DNA of 64,000 nucleotides from an uncultured bacterium. GTDB taxonomy: Bacteria; Krumholzibacteriota; Krumholzibacteriia; LZORAL124-64-63. The position numbers and the translations under genes are program-made. The stretch spans positions 32,001-96,000 of the forward strand of contig CAVSGO010000007.1 in assembly GCA_963727525.1 (NCBI GenBank), written 5' to 3'. Shown here in pieces: positions 10,255 to 21,568 of this stretch; within the stretch, counting starts at the first letter, position 1, and the number at the start of each line of letters is the position of its first letter. The notes under the pieces were generated by a model. That model had not been told where the DNA came from. It was given only the letters and a program-made list of their open reading frames with translations, and ran no database searches.

Positions 10255-11976
10255 ATGAAGGTCAACCTCAGGAACCGTTTTCTCATCCCGACCACCGCGG
10301 CCCTCGTCGTGTCCCTCGGTTCCTATCTCCTGATCACGACCCGACAGACGAGCACCGCCCTCAACGCCTCGGCCCATGACGAGATGACCGAACTGAATCG
10401 CGTCGTCCAGGAAGAGATCGTGTCGTGGTACGACCATCGTCGTCTCGATGTCGATCGCTGGAGCGGTTTCGACGCGGTCGCGGCGGCCGCAGCATCACCC
10501 ACCGAACAGAACGTCGCGACGGCCGGCGCCCTCCTCGCGCACCTCAAGGAGCACACCGAGGATTTCGAGGGCATCCATCTCGTGAATGCGGACGGGCTCG
10601 CCATCGCGTCGAGCAATGCGGGGAGCGCGGGAACGCTCGACGTCCATGAACGCGATTACTTCCAGGCCTGCCTGCGCGACAGTAAGCCGACGCTCTCCCG
10701 GGCCCTGGCGAGCAAGGTGACGGGAAACGCGGTCGTGGTGATCTGCTACCCGGTGACGGCACCGGCGGGCGGGACCGCGGGCGCGCTGCTCGGTGTCGTC
10801 GACCTCGGGCACTTCACGTCGAAACTCGTCGACCCGATCAAGATCGGGAAGACCGGGTACGTCTACGTCTGCGACGACGAGGGCACGTTCCTCGCCCATC
10901 CCCGCAAGGACCTGATCCTCAAGAGCAAGCTGACGGAGTGGGACTTCGGCAAGCGGATCATGGAGCAGGGCAACGGGCTCATCCGCTACAACTTCAAGGG
11001 CATCGATCGTCAGTCGGCGTTCGCGCGGATCGACGAGCTGGGGTGGGTCACGGCGGTGGCCCTGGACGACGATCAGGTGTTCGCCGCGTCGCGTCGGTTG
11101 CGAAACCTCGGTGCGCTCATCACGCTCATCGCGCTGGCCGGCGTGAGCAGCATCCTGTTCATCGTGTCGCGGTCGGTCACCGGTCCCATCAACCGTATCA
11201 TCGCGGAGCTGACCGCGGGGTCGGACCAGACGACGGCGGCCGCGACCCAGATCGCCGACGCGAGCGTCATGCTGGCCGAACAGGCCAGCGAGCAGGCCGC
11301 CGCGGTCGAGGAGACGTCGGCGAGCCTGGAGGAGATGTCGTCCAACGTCCGGCACACGACGGACGCGACGAACCGTTGCCAGGAACTTATGGACACCACG
11401 CGTCAGGTGGTGCACGACGGGCTCGCCTCGATGGCCGAGATGGTCGAGGCCATCGGTACGATCAAGACGAGCGCCGACGAGACCGCGCGGATCGTCAAGA
11501 CCATCGACGAGATCGCCTTCCAGACCAATCTCCTGGCCCTGAACGCCGCTGTCGAGGCGGCGCGCGCCGGCGAAGCCGGCAAGGGCTTCGCCGTCGTGGC
11601 CGAGGAGGTCCGGAACCTGGCGCAACGCGCCGCACGGGCATCGCAGGAAACGTCCACGCTCATCGAGGAGTCGGTCAATCACGCCGATCGCGGCGTGCGC
11701 GTCACCGACTCGACGCGCCAGGCCTTCGACACCACGTCGAAGACCGCCGATCAGCTCGCCACCCAGATCGAGGCGATCCTCGCCGCCGCGCGTGAGCAGT
11801 CCGACGGGATCGACCAGATCAACACGGCCGTCCGCCAGCTCGACCAGGCCACGCAGGGCGCCGCCGCCAACGCGGAAGAGACCGCCTCCTCCGCCGAGGA
11901 ACTCAACGCGCGCTCGGTGGAACTGGACCAGGTCGTCGGCCAGTTGCACGCGATCGTCACGGGAAAGACGCGGTGA
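10255..11976 (+). CDS. Methyl-accepting chemotaxis protein (dCache sensor)
   Basis: Two TMs, Cache motifs ([13 protein letters not shown]), [40 protein letters not shown]. Confidence 0.95.
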   Translation: MKVNLRNRFLIPTTAALVVSLGSYLLITTRQTSTALNASAHDEMTELNRVVQEEIVSWYDHRRLDVDRWSGFDAVAAAAASPTEQNVATAGALLAHLKEHTEDFEGIHLVNADGLAIASSNAGSAGTLDVHERDYFQACLRDSKPTLSRALASKVTGNAVVVICYPVTAPAGGTAGALLGVVDLGHFTSKLVDPIKIGKTGYVYVCDDEGTFLAHPRKDLILKSKLTEWDFGKRIMEQGNGLIRYNFKGIDRQSAFARIDELGWVTAVALDDDQVFAASRRLRNLGALITLIALAGVSSILFIVSRSVTGPINRIIAELTAGSDQTTAAATQIADASVMLAEQASEQAAAVEETSASLEEMSSNVRHTTDATNRCQELMDTTRQVVHDGLASMAEMVEAIGTIKTSADETARIVKTIDEIAFQTNLLALNAAVEAARAGEAGKGFAVVAEEVRNLAQRAARASQETSTLIEESVNHADRGVRVTDSTRQAFDTTSKTADQLATQIEAILAAAREQSDGIDQINTAVRQLDQATQGAAANAEETASSAEELNARSVELDQVVGQLHAIVTGKTR

Positions 11977-14900
11977 CCGTGTCGACGACATCGATGTGGG
12001 AGACGTTGGCCGTCTCGAACGACGATCAGGTCCGGACAGGTGACGAGGTCAATCCGTCGACGGTCGCCGACGTGGTCGACCGTCTCGTGCGGTTGCTCGC
12101 CACGCCGGACAAGGACGTGGGCGATGCGGCAGCCGTCACGCTGGAGTTCGCGCTCCAGGCCACCGGCGCCTCCCATGGCCTGGTCGGTTCGATCGATGCC
12201 GAGAACGGGGACCTCGTCGTCCACCGTCATACGGGCCTGATGGCACCGGACTCGTCGGACGGGGCGGCGGACGGTCTTCGTCTGCGTCTCGGCAGCCACG
12301 GCCACGCGACCGGTCTCTGGCAGCACTGTCTCGCCGCACGGCAGCCGTTCTTGACGAATGACGCGAAGCACCACCCTGCGGCACGTGGCCTGCCCACCGG
12401 GCACGGCGATGTGACGAGTTTTCTCGCAGCGCCGGCAATGTATGGCGACTTGCCGCTCGGCATGATAGCTCTCGCGAACCGACCGGGCGGCTTCGTCGAG
12501 CGCCACCTCGGCCTCGTGGCCAGGCTGGCCGAGGTCTTCGGTCTCGCGGTGCAGCGCACGCGATATCTGGCGGCGCTACGACGCAATGAGGAACAGTATC
12601 GAGGGTTCTTCGACGCCTTCACGGACATGATGCTGGTACTCGACGAGCGGGGAAGGATCCGAGCCGTCAACCCTGCCGGCGTGGCTCTCACGGGGTTCGC
12701 AAAGGACGAGTTGATCGACCACGAGGCTTCATTGCTCCTGCGGCAGGATCAGCGGGCGGTATTCGAGACCGTGCGGCAGGAAGCCGTGGCTTGCGGTGCT
12801 ACCGAATGGAAGACCGTGCTGGTCGCCAAGGGCGGTGAAGAGAGGACCTGCGAGGTTCGTGCGCAGTTCGTATCCGGCCAGAAGGTGTTGTTTCTCAGCG
12901 CTCACGACATCACCGAACGGCTCGCGACGCGTTCGGCACTCCAGACCGAACGGTTGCGGCTGCGCCAGCTCGTCAACAATGCACCCATCATCATCGGCGG
13001 TATCGACGGCGACGGACACTTGACGTCTCTCAATCCCGCCGGCCTGCGCCTCGTCGGCCTGCCGGCGGGTGACGTCGCGGGGACACCTTGTGCCGACTTG
13101 CTCGGCTTCGCACCCGATGTCGCCAAGCCGCTGATCGATCGCGTCTGGCGGGGCGAGCACGCCGACGGCGAGTCGACCGTGATCGACCTCTTCGGTCGAA
13201 CGCGGAACCTGGCCTGGAGCTTCGTGCCCCGCCGACGGGCATCGGGCGCGGTGGAGGAGGTCTGGGCGTTCGGCATGGACATCTCCGATCGCGCGGAAGC
13301 CGAGAACCGAGCGACAGGCCAACGCGAACGTCTGCGCGCTGTCCTCAACGCCATTCCCGACTTCGTCTTCTTCAAGGACGCCGCCGGCACCTATCAGGAC
13401 TGTAACCCGGCTTTCGCCGCCTTCGTGGGCCGCCCAGAGTCGGAGATCGTCGACCGGCGCGACGCCGATCTGTTCCCCGTCGACGCGGCGAAGGCATTCC
13501 GCGCCGATGACCAGCGCGTCATGCGACGCCGGTCTGCCGAGCGCATCGAGGAGTGGGTGGACTATCCCGATGGCCGTCGTGCTCTGGTCGAGACCATCAA
13601 GCAACCCCTCTTCGGCACCGGCGAAGAATGTACGGGTCTCGTCGGCATCAGTCGCGACGTCACGGATCGCTGGCGCGTCGCCGAGGGCCTCGGCAAGCGT
13701 GAGGCGATCTTCGGGGCGGTGGTGCGAGCCGCACGAGGATTCCTGGGCGGTACGGCGTGGGACAGCTACATCCCGGCCTTCCTCGCGGAGCTGGGAAAGG
13801 CTGTCGACGCGAGCCATACCTACATCCTCATCAACGATGTCGCCGAAGGCGGATTGCACTCGCCACGGACCCGCGACGCCTGGACGGCCGTCGGCGCCCC
13901 GTCGCCCTGGCTTGCGGCCGATCGTTCTTACGCCGAACTGGGTCTCTCGGCCTGGGAAGAGGAGCTGAGCCGTGCCCGCACGATCACGGGCAGGGTGGCC
14001 AGCCGCGCGGAATCCGCGTCGACGGCGCTCGCGGACGCAGAGATCGGCTCGTTTGTCGCGGCGCCCGTCTTCGTCGCTGATCAATGGTGGGGCGTGCTTC
14101 TCGTGACGGATACCGAGCCTCGAATCTGGCTACCCGACGAGATCGAGGCCCTGGAGATTGCGAGCGCGGCCATCGGCTCCGCAGTCGTGCGAGAACGCGC
14201 CGTGCGGGCCGTGGTCGCCGCGAAGGATGAAGCGGTGACCGCCAACCGGGCCAAGAGCGTATTCCTGGCGAACCTGAGCCATGAGATCCGCACGCCGCTC
14301 CATGGCATCCTGAGTTATGCGCGCTTCGGCACGAAGAAGTATGCGACCGCGTCGCCCGAGCGCCTGCGCGAGTATTTCGAGACGATCACGGTGAGCGGCG
14401 TACGTTTGCTCGACCTCCTGACCGGTCTCCTGGAGATGTCCAAGCTCGACGCCGGCCGCGTTTCCTTCGAGATGCGTGAACTCGACATCACCACCGTGCT
14501 CAAGGCGCTATCGTCCGAGATGAACGTCCGCCTCGCCGAGCGCGGCATGTGGCTCGAGGTGGAACCCATCGCGGTGTCTCCGGTCGCCTATTTCGACGAG
14601 CGCGCCATCAGCCAGGTTTTGAGCAACCTCGTGAACAATGCCGCTCGCTACGGCAAGTCCGACACGGCGACGCGGGTGTCGCTGCACGATCGCCGCGACC
14701 GCGCCGGCAGGTCCTGGCTCGAGATTCGCGTGGCCGATCGTGGCATGGGAGTGCCGGAAGGCGAGCGCGAATCGATCTTCGGTGAGTTCGTGCAGAGTAG
14801 TCGGACGAGTAGCGGGGCCGGCGGCACGGGCCTCGGCCTCGCGATCTGTCGCCGCATCGTGCGACAGCACGAGGGCCAGATCTGGTACGAGCCACAGCCG

Positions 14901-15014
14901 GATGGAACCGGCAGCATCTTCTGTTTCACCCTGCCCCGTCATTCCCAAGCTGTCACGCCACGGTCCGAGGAGGAACGCGGTCATGAGACCCATGAATACG
15001 ATCCTGGTCGTTGA
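11973..15014 (+). CDS. GAF/PAS sensor histidine kinase
   Basis: GAF, three [20 protein letters not shown]-box, [17 protein letters not shown] overlap with the MCP gene. Confidence 0.93.
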   Translation: MTVSTTSMWETLAVSNDDQVRTGDEVNPSTVADVVDRLVRLLATPDKDVGDAAAVTLEFALQATGASHGLVGSIDAENGDLVVHRHTGLMAPDSSDGAADGLRLRLGSHGHATGLWQHCLAARQPFLTNDAKHHPAARGLPTGHGDVTSFLAAPAMYGDLPLGMIALANRPGGFVERHLGLVARLAEVFGLAVQRTRYLAALRRNEEQYRGFFDAFTDMMLVLDERGRIRAVNPAGVALTGFAKDELIDHEASLLLRQDQRAVFETVRQEAVACGATEWKTVLVAKGGEERTCEVRAQFVSGQKVLFLSAHDITERLATRSALQTERLRLRQLVNNAPIIIGGIDGDGHLTSLNPAGLRLVGLPAGDVAGTPCADLLGFAPDVAKPLIDRVWRGEHADGESTVIDLFGRTRNLAWSFVPRRRASGAVEEVWAFGMDISDRAEAENRATGQRERLRAVLNAIPDFVFFKDAAGTYQDCNPAFAAFVGRPESEIVDRRDADLFPVDAAKAFRADDQRVMRRRSAERIEEWVDYPDGRRALVETIKQPLFGTGEECTGLVGISRDVTDRWRVAEGLGKREAIFGAVVRAARGFLGGTAWDSYIPAFLAELGKAVDASHTYILINDVAEGGLHSPRTRDAWTAVGAPSPWLAADRSYAELGLSAWEEELSRARTITGRVASRAESASTALADAEIGSFVAAPVFVADQWWGVLLVTDTEPRIWLPDEIEALEIASAAIGSAVVRERAVRAVVAAKDEAVTANRAKSVFLANLSHEIRTPLHGILSYARFGTKKYATASPERLREYFETITVSGVRLLDLLTGLLEMSKLDAGRVSFEMRELDITTVLKALSSEMNVRLAERGMWLEVEPIAVSPVAYFDERAISQVLSNLVNNAARYGKSDTATRVSLHDRRDRAGRSWLEIRVADRGMGVPEGERESIFGEFVQSSRTSSGAGGTGLGLAICRRIVRQHEGQIWYEPQPDGTGSIFCFTLPRHSQAVTPRSEEERGHETHEYDPGR

Positions 15015-16074
15015 CGACGACCCGATCAATATCGACATCGTCCAGGAGACCCTTGGCGAATGCTGCCGCGTGCACGTGGCGCACGATGGCGAAACCGCAC
15101 TCGCGGCGCTCCCGCAAGTGCGACCCCACATCGTCTTGCTCGACATCATGATGCCCGGAATCGACGGCTATGCCGTGTGCCGCGCTATCCGCGAGGACCG
15201 TCGTCATGCCGCCATCAAGATCATCCTCTTGAGTGGGCGCGCTTCCATCCAGGAACGCCTCGAGGGCTATGCGGCGGGTGCTGACGACTACATCGTCAAA
15301 CCGTTCGTCGACGACGAGCTGCTCGCCAAGGTCCGGGTCTACACGCGCCTCAGCCGCACCGAGGAAGTCGACGAACTGAAGAGCGATCTCTTGAAGCTCT
15401 TCTCCCATGAGACCCGCACGCCCTTGAACGCGATCCTCGGGCTCTCGGAAGTCATCAAGGACGACAGCCGCGTGCCCCCGGACGTCCGTGACCTCGCCGA
15501 CGACATCAAGTTGAGTGGCCGTCGCCTCCTTGAGTTCTTCCGCAAGGCACAGCTACTCTTCGACATCAAGAAGGGCGCCGACTGGGAATTGCAGGAGGAC
15601 TCGTTCGGAGATCGGGCATTGGCCTGGGCCGATGATCTCCATCAGACACTCCAGGCTGGTCGGATCGAGCTCGATGTGACGGGCGACCCGACTCTGATGG
15701 CCAACTGGGACCTGCTCGCCGAGGTATTTCGCGCGCTCGTCGAGAACGTGTGGAAGTTCGCCGACCGCAGCACGACGGCCGAGGTCACGGTCCGCGGTGA
15801 CGCGGATTCCGTCGTCCTCGAGGTCGCCGATCGCGGCCCGGGCGTCAACGCCGGCAAACACGAGGAGATCTTCGAACCCTTCACCGTGCAGGACATCGCT
15901 CATCACGGGCAGGGTCAGGGCCTGAGCCTTGCCATCGCCCGCGAGATCGCGTTGCTCCACGGTGGCGATCTCACCGTTCGCGATCGACCTGGCGGCGGGG
16001 CCATCTTTCGGCTCGTGTTGCCCACCAGACTCGAGGCCGGCGCGGAAACGCTCACCGCGACACGGACGCGGTGA
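14983..16074 (+). CDS. Hybrid response regulator-histidine kinase (REC-HisKA-HATPase)
   Basis: ILVVDDD, LLDIMMPGIDG, DDYIVKPF, SHETRTPL, GQGLSL; RBS GAGGAGG before ATG 14983. Confidence 0.92.
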   Translation: MRPMNTILVVDDDPINIDIVQETLGECCRVHVAHDGETALAALPQVRPHIVLLDIMMPGIDGYAVCRAIREDRRHAAIKIILLSGRASIQERLEGYAAGADDYIVKPFVDDELLAKVRVYTRLSRTEEVDELKSDLLKLFSHETRTPLNAILGLSEVIKDDSRVPPDVRDLADDIKLSGRRLLEFFRKAQLLFDIKKGADWELQEDSFGDRALAWADDLHQTLQAGRIELDVTGDPTLMANWDLLAEVFRALVENVWKFADRSTTAEVTVRGDADSVVLEVADRGPGVNAGKHEEIFEPFTVQDIAHHGQGQGLSLAIAREIALLHGGDLTVRDRPGGGAIFRLVLPTRLEAGAETLTATRTR

Positions 16075-16792
16075 GCGCCGCCACGAGCAGGTCGGCGAGA
16101 CTCTGACTCGAACGCGGGTTCTGGCCGGTGATCAGCTCGCCGTCGCGGACGACGTGATCGGCGAAGTCGGTGCCGGGCAGGAACCTCGCGCCCAGGCTCG
16201 TCAGCTTCTGCTGCAGCGAGAAGGGCACGGCGTCCTGGAGCTGCGCCGCCACCTCCTCGGCATCGGTGAACGACGTCACGCGCTTGCCCCTCACCAGGGG
16301 CGTGCCGTCGGCGAGGGTGGCGCCCACGAGCGCCGCGGGGCCGTGGCAGATCGCGGCCACGATCTTGCCCGAACGCGCGAAGTCGCTCACCAGGGCGGCC
16401 ACCGCCGGATCGACGGCGAGGTCCATCATCGCGCCATGCCCGCCCGGGACGAAGAGGGCGTCGTAGTCGGCGGCGCGGTAGGAGTCGTCGAGCTTCGCGG
16501 TCTGTCCCAGCTCGTCGATCGCCGCTCCCCAGTCGTCGCGTTGCACGGCCGACGGCTCGCTACGCGGATCGATCGGCACCTGTCCCCCCAGCGGGCTGAC
16601 CACGGTGACGTCGACCCCCGCTCCGCTCAGCGCCACGTACGGCACCGCGAACTCCTCGAGCCACAGCCCGGTGGGATGGCCGTCGGGAAAGTGATCGGCA
16701 CTGGTGGTCAGGATGAGCACGCGCGGTGCGTCGGCCGCGGCCAGCGGTGCGAACAGGGCGACGAGCAGCAGGGACACCATCATCCGGCGCAT
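16052..16792 (-). CDS. DJ-1/PfpI (Hsp31-like) protein with signal peptide
   Basis: TGLWLEE, YDALFVPGGHG, AAICHGP, LITGQNP. Confidence 0.92.
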   Translation of the reverse strand: MRRMMVSLLLVALFAPLAAADAPRVLILTTSADHFPDGHPTGLWLEEFAVPYVALSGAGVDVTVVSPLGGQVPIDPRSEPSAVQRDDWGAAIDELGQTAKLDDSYRAADYDALFVPGGHGAMMDLAVDPAVAALVSDFARSGKIVAAICHGPAALVGATLADGTPLVRGKRVTSFTDAEEVAAQLQDAVPFSLQQKLTSLGARFLPGTDFADHVVRDGELITGQNPRSSQSLADLLVAALTASVSR

Positions 16793-16874
16793 GGCGAGCC
16801 TTTCCGTTCAGGCCGGGAGAGTGCGACGAACAGGCACAGGATAACGTCGGTCGGCGAGAACTCCACGGCAGCGC

Positions 16875-17446
16875 TCAGTACAGATCGATGCCGGCCGTGA
16901 ACGTCCACTGGTGGCTGGCGCCGTCGTCGAGCGGCGCTCGGTCGAGGTTCGAGCCGTAGTCGAGCGCGGCGTGGAGGCCGTGGTAGGCGTCGAAACGGTG
17001 ACGTAGCCCCGCGCCCCATGCCCAGCCGTCCTCCCAGCTAGAGTCCGTGTGCGTGTGGCTGCCGCGCAGCGTGACGACCTGGCCATAGGTCATCTCGATA
17101 CCGATCGCGGTGCTGGCGAACGACGGGCGGTGATCCTCGAGATCGTCTCGCCAGGCGAGCAGGACGCGGGTGACCAGAGGTCGTGCTCCGCGAACGGGAT
17201 GACCGAGCGCGGCCACACCGCCAATCCCGAATCGGTAGTGGCGAAAGAATGTCGCGCTGGGGAGACCATTGACCGATCCCTCCAGCAGGTTGCGCACGCT
17301 CGCCGTGCCCACGAGGCGAAGGGCGACATCCTCGGTGGTCGCGAACGGCCCGGACACGGTCAGGCCCAGATCGGGGCAGAACACGTCGTCGCCGGATCCG
17401 CCGATGTCGAGGGTGTACTGCTTGAGGCTGGCCCCGATGCTCAGGT
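16875..17446 (-). pseudogene. C-terminal fragment of outer-membrane beta-barrel (PorV-like), truncated at an ori end
   Basis: LSIGASLK, DLG, amphipathic strands, WAWGAGL, LDYG, terminal TAGIDLY; the coding sequence begins at the ori junction 17447. Confidence 0.55.
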
Positions 17447-19273
17447 GGGGGATAGGAATTTCTGCCGCCCTTTTTGACGTTCGTCTCGCCGAGCCCTCGA
17501 CGCGATATCTCGATTCTACTACCTCTTCGCGACGAGATCGCGCTCGCAGTGTCCGTAGACCTTGCGACATGACCATCGTGGCCGGATCGCATCGTGTTTG
17601 ACGACCCGCTGACCGCCGATTTCGCGTCGAGAACGCAGACCTCTGCGATCGGCCGGCTCCCCGGCTGCGGCTGCTCTTGCCTCACGGGGCGGATCTCAAT
17701 CTGCGTCCGGCACGCCCGCCGTCTGGTCCACCTCGTCCCACGTCACTGTGGTCGGGGTCTGTGCGAACTCCAACTCGCCCTGCGGTGGTGAGCGCGCCGG
17801 CAACACCTGCGGCGGCTCACTCTCCAGGTCGAGGTGTTCGAGTATCCGTCTGATCACCGCCGGGTCCAGGATGAAGGCGATGATCGTCGTGGGGCCTCCG
17901 CATCTGGGGCATTGCAGAGACCGAACGTCGTAGATGCGCGCCAGCAGCATCGCCCAGCTGCGCGAAGCCGTCGGCCGCGGTTCGGTCGGCTCGGCCAACC
18001 CCATGGCTGCCCGCGCGCGGTCGACGGCCAGCCGCACTGTGCCCGCAGGGCCGGCTGTCGCGGTCACTGCCCGGCGCAGCTTCGCACCCGGGGCCAGCAC
18101 GCCGCAGTAGCGGTGGCGATGCTTGCGCGGTGGGGCGAGAAGATCGACCAGGCGCTCGAGGAACTCCAGCGGACTCAGCAGAATCTCCGTGCGCCCGTCC
18201 GGACGCGGTCGGCGCAGGCGGTACACCAGGGTGTCGGCGTTCAGGCGTCCGAGGCGGCCGGCGGCCAGCGCCGGGCGTGCACAGTAGCGCACCAGGCGCT
18301 CGAGGCCTTGGCGATCCCAGTCGGCGATCCGCACAGCCGCGTGCACGGACCAGCCGCCGCCGTGCTGCCAGGTGCGCATCTCGCCGGCGGCGGCGGCGTC
18401 GAGATGGCCGTGTTCACAAGCCAGCGCAGGCCGCGGTGGCGGAACTGGTCGCGGATGCGCGCGATGGCCGAGTCGTCGAGGTGGGTGGCGGGGTGAAAGA
18501 TCGCCGCATCCGGGTCTGCGGCGTCGCGGCTGAAGACACCGTCAGTCACCAGAACGTGGAAGTGGACGTGGCTGTTGAGGGCGTCACCGAAGCGGTGCAC
18601 GAAGAGCATGGCGCCGAACTGGGCGTTGCGGGGCGAATCAGGGCTCGCATGGCGCAGTGTCGTTTGCACGGCCCGCAGGAAGACCCTGCCCAGGCCGTCG
18701 ATGACCTCGGGTTTGGTCTTCAGGAACCAGCGCACTCGCTTGGGCATCGACACCACCCACTGGCGGTACGGGACCCGGGGCAGGACATCGTCGACGAGAT
18801 GGGCGGCTGTCTCCACCATCCGGCGTGTGCCGCACGCGGGGCACAGGTCACCGACCTTGCAGGAAAACGGAACCAGGAACTCGTGCTTGCAAGACGCACA
18901 GCGGACGCGAGCGAAGCCATGGGCCGGGATGCCGCAGCGCAGGTACTCGCGCAAGGCGCGGTCGGCGGCCGGACGCACCGGGCGCAGATCGGGATCGTGG
19001 GATCGGGCCAGGGCGAGGAACGTCTCGAGGTGCTCGCGCACGGTGCGGTGCATGACCGTGGCGGCGGGCTGGCGGGGACGGTAGATGGCGGTGCAGGTGG
19101 CGGTGTCGGTGGCCGAAGGCATGGTCGCCTGCCGTCGCCTGGGGGCGTCGGGAGGCGGGTGATGCCGTCAATGGTGGGAGACGGGAGGGATCGCGCACGG
19201 AGCGCGAACGCCGGAGATGCATGTCGCGGGCCTCGCTTCGGCGACAGGGGACGAAAGTCATGTCACGTCGCCG
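17447..19273 (-). mobile_element. IS91/ISCR-like element, copy 2 (type-B ori end at 17447)
   Basis: Transposase plus 3' region ending CAGAAATTCCTATCCCCC; upstream region near identical to copy 1. Confidence 0.88.
17696..19122 (-). pseudogene. IS91-family Y2 transposase, -1 frameshift near 18415
   Basis: Same motifs as copy 1; gtgaacac here versus gtgaaacac in copy 1. Confidence 0.9.
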
Positions 19274-19277
19274 CTGG

Positions 19278-19678
19278 TCAGCGACGGTCGATGAGCACCA
19301 GCAAGCTGCGGATGTAGTCGCTGCCCACCCAGGTGTGGGGCATGTCGCCGATGAAGTGGGCGGTCTGCGGATTGTGCCATACCACCTCGGGCCACTGGCG
19401 CCAGCCGACGGGGGTGCGGTGGGCGAGAAAGAACGTGAGCGCCTCTCGAGCGCGATCGTCCCAGCCCAGGCCCGCGAAGGCGCCGATGTTGCGGATCTCG
19501 TACGGCGTGAACGCATCCCATGGCGCGCCGTCGCGGCGAGCGGTGAAGAAGTCCCAGTATTTCTCGAAGGTGGCCTCGAGGGCGCCGGGGGGCAGGATGG
19601 CGCGGGCCTGGCAGGGGTCGAGGGCGATGGTGGTGGAGGTGGCGTCGAAGTCGCCGAGGTCGGCGCAACCGGGAATGT
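19278..19678 (-). pseudogene. 3' fragment of six-hairpin glycosidase-like gene (copy 2)
   Basis: IPGCADLGDFDATSTTIALDPCQAR...YIRSLLVLIDRR*. Confidence 0.8.
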
Positions 19679-21199
19679 GCCGTACGGGAAGGTGGCGCGG
19701 CCGAACGTCCCGAAGGTGTTGTCGTACCCGCCGTCGGGCAGGAGGCGGGCGACCCCGATGTCGCTCTCACTGCCCCCCACGTTGGCGACGGTGCCGGCGA
19801 TGACCAGCTTGTCGTCGGGCTGGACGACCAGGCCGTACGCAGTCGCCTGCGTCCAGCCGGGGAAGCCGATCGCCTGCTGACGGCCACCGTCGAGCCATCC
19901 CTGGGGCCAGATACGAAGCAGCAAGTGGGACTCGTTCCACGCGCCGTAGATGACGGCACGTCCGTCGGGCAGGAGCGCCAGGGAGTAGCCCGAGCAGAAA
20001 GCCCCACTGCCATTGTAGAGGAAGTCGTGCTGGCCGCCGAGGAATGACAGGTCCAACGAGCCGTCTGCGTTCAGGCTCTTGACCATCACGAAGCCTTTGC
20101 CGTTGGAGTTCTGGTATTCGCCCAGCATCAGGATCCCGCCGTCGGGCCGCACCGCGATGTCCCGGACGGTGAAGTGGTCCGAGACCTGCAACTTGCCGTC
20201 GCCGTCGAACGAGTTGTCGAAGGTCCCGTCCGGGTTGATCCGGACTGCGTAGGCCGGGCCGCTTTCGTTATTGGGATAGGAGATGTACGAGCCGACGACG
20301 ACGATCTTCCCATCGGGCGCGACCGCGACGCCATGCACTTCGTTGTCCAGTGGCCCGATGTCGAATTGTTTCTTTCCCGTCCCATTGAAAGTCGAATCCA
20401 GGTAGCCGCCTGTCGTCAGGCGCACGATCTTGAACACACCGTCCGTGACGACGTCGGTTCCCCCGCCGGCCATCACCAGGCGCCCACTGCCGTCGAGGGT
20501 GGCATCGTAGCAGGCCACGTTGCTGTTGGGCCCCAGGTCGCCAAAGCCGACGGTGATCTTTCCGTCGCCGTTGAACGTGGTGTCCAGGGAGCCGTCCGCA
20601 TTATAGCGGGCGGCGGAGAAGTCGTAGTCGTTGCTGACGAGCGAGCGGCCGGCGGCGATGATCTTCCCGTCGGCCTGAATCATGACGGCATAGGCCTGGT
20701 CGGCGTCCTCCGAAAAGTCCGTCAGCACCCAACCGCCCGAGCCGAAGGTGTGGTCGAGGTGGCCGTCGATGGTCAGGCGGGCCAGCATATAGTTGGCGGG
20801 ACTCGTGTTGGCCCAGCCGGCGACCACGATCCTGCCGTCGGTCTGCACGGCGACACATGTGGCCCGGGTCTGGAACGACGGGTTCAGGATCGCCGCGGCG
20901 CCGGTCCCGTCGGCGAATGTGGTGTCGACGGTGCCGTCGGGAAGGAAGCGCATGACCAGATTGCCCAGTGACGTGTATCCGGCCGTGAGGATCTTCCCGT
21001 CCGGTTGCACGACCATGCCCCGCGCGGCGCAACACATCGGGTAGCCGTACCGGACGACGACCCCGCGGTCTCCGAACCCGGCGAACTCGGTGTCGTCCCG
21101 CTGTCCGCCGAGCGCCGTCTCGGCGCCGCCTGCCACTAGTGCCAAGGCGACTAGCGCGGCGGAGATGCCAACCTGGATGGATCTGACGTAGTCCCTCAT
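19679..21199 (-). pseudogene. Delta-60-repeat beta-propeller secreted protein, 3'-truncated
   Basis: Signal peptide; repeated VQPDGKI / R...DGSLDTTF.G.G motifs; breaks mid-repeat at 19679. Confidence 0.82.
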
Positions 21200-21568
21200 G
21201 ATTTCCTCCGCTCCCGGGTTGCGGCCGGACGGGGTCGCCCGCACCGGTCGTTCTTATCGTTCTTACGCTGGCTTGTCTTGCCCCTACGCACCAGCGTCCC
21301 CCGGCGAACACACGAATCTGTTCGTCAGCCGGCGGTGTCACCGACGCACCGACCGACCAGACGGCATTGGGGCAGGCCGGCACTGCCAGGGGTAGAAAAC
21401 GACGGGGATTGGGAATCAGCCAGGCGGATGGCGCTCATCAACTGGTCGGGCAGGGGTCGGTTGGCGACAAGAACCAACCGGGCTCGTGGCAGCCCGCCCA
21501 CTCGTATGCAAATGACAGCCAAGCATCGGCTTGGCCCAGCGCGTAGCGGTATTGCAGAGTCGACGCCG

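Noticed and set aside
14638-14982. N-terminal extension of the response regulator
   Set aside because: Overlaps the kinase gene; the RBS and REC domain start at 14983.
18848-21244. 798-aa ORF as one protein
   Set aside because: Chimera: the delta-60 gene reads through the junction at 19679 into off-frame glycosidase and element DNA.
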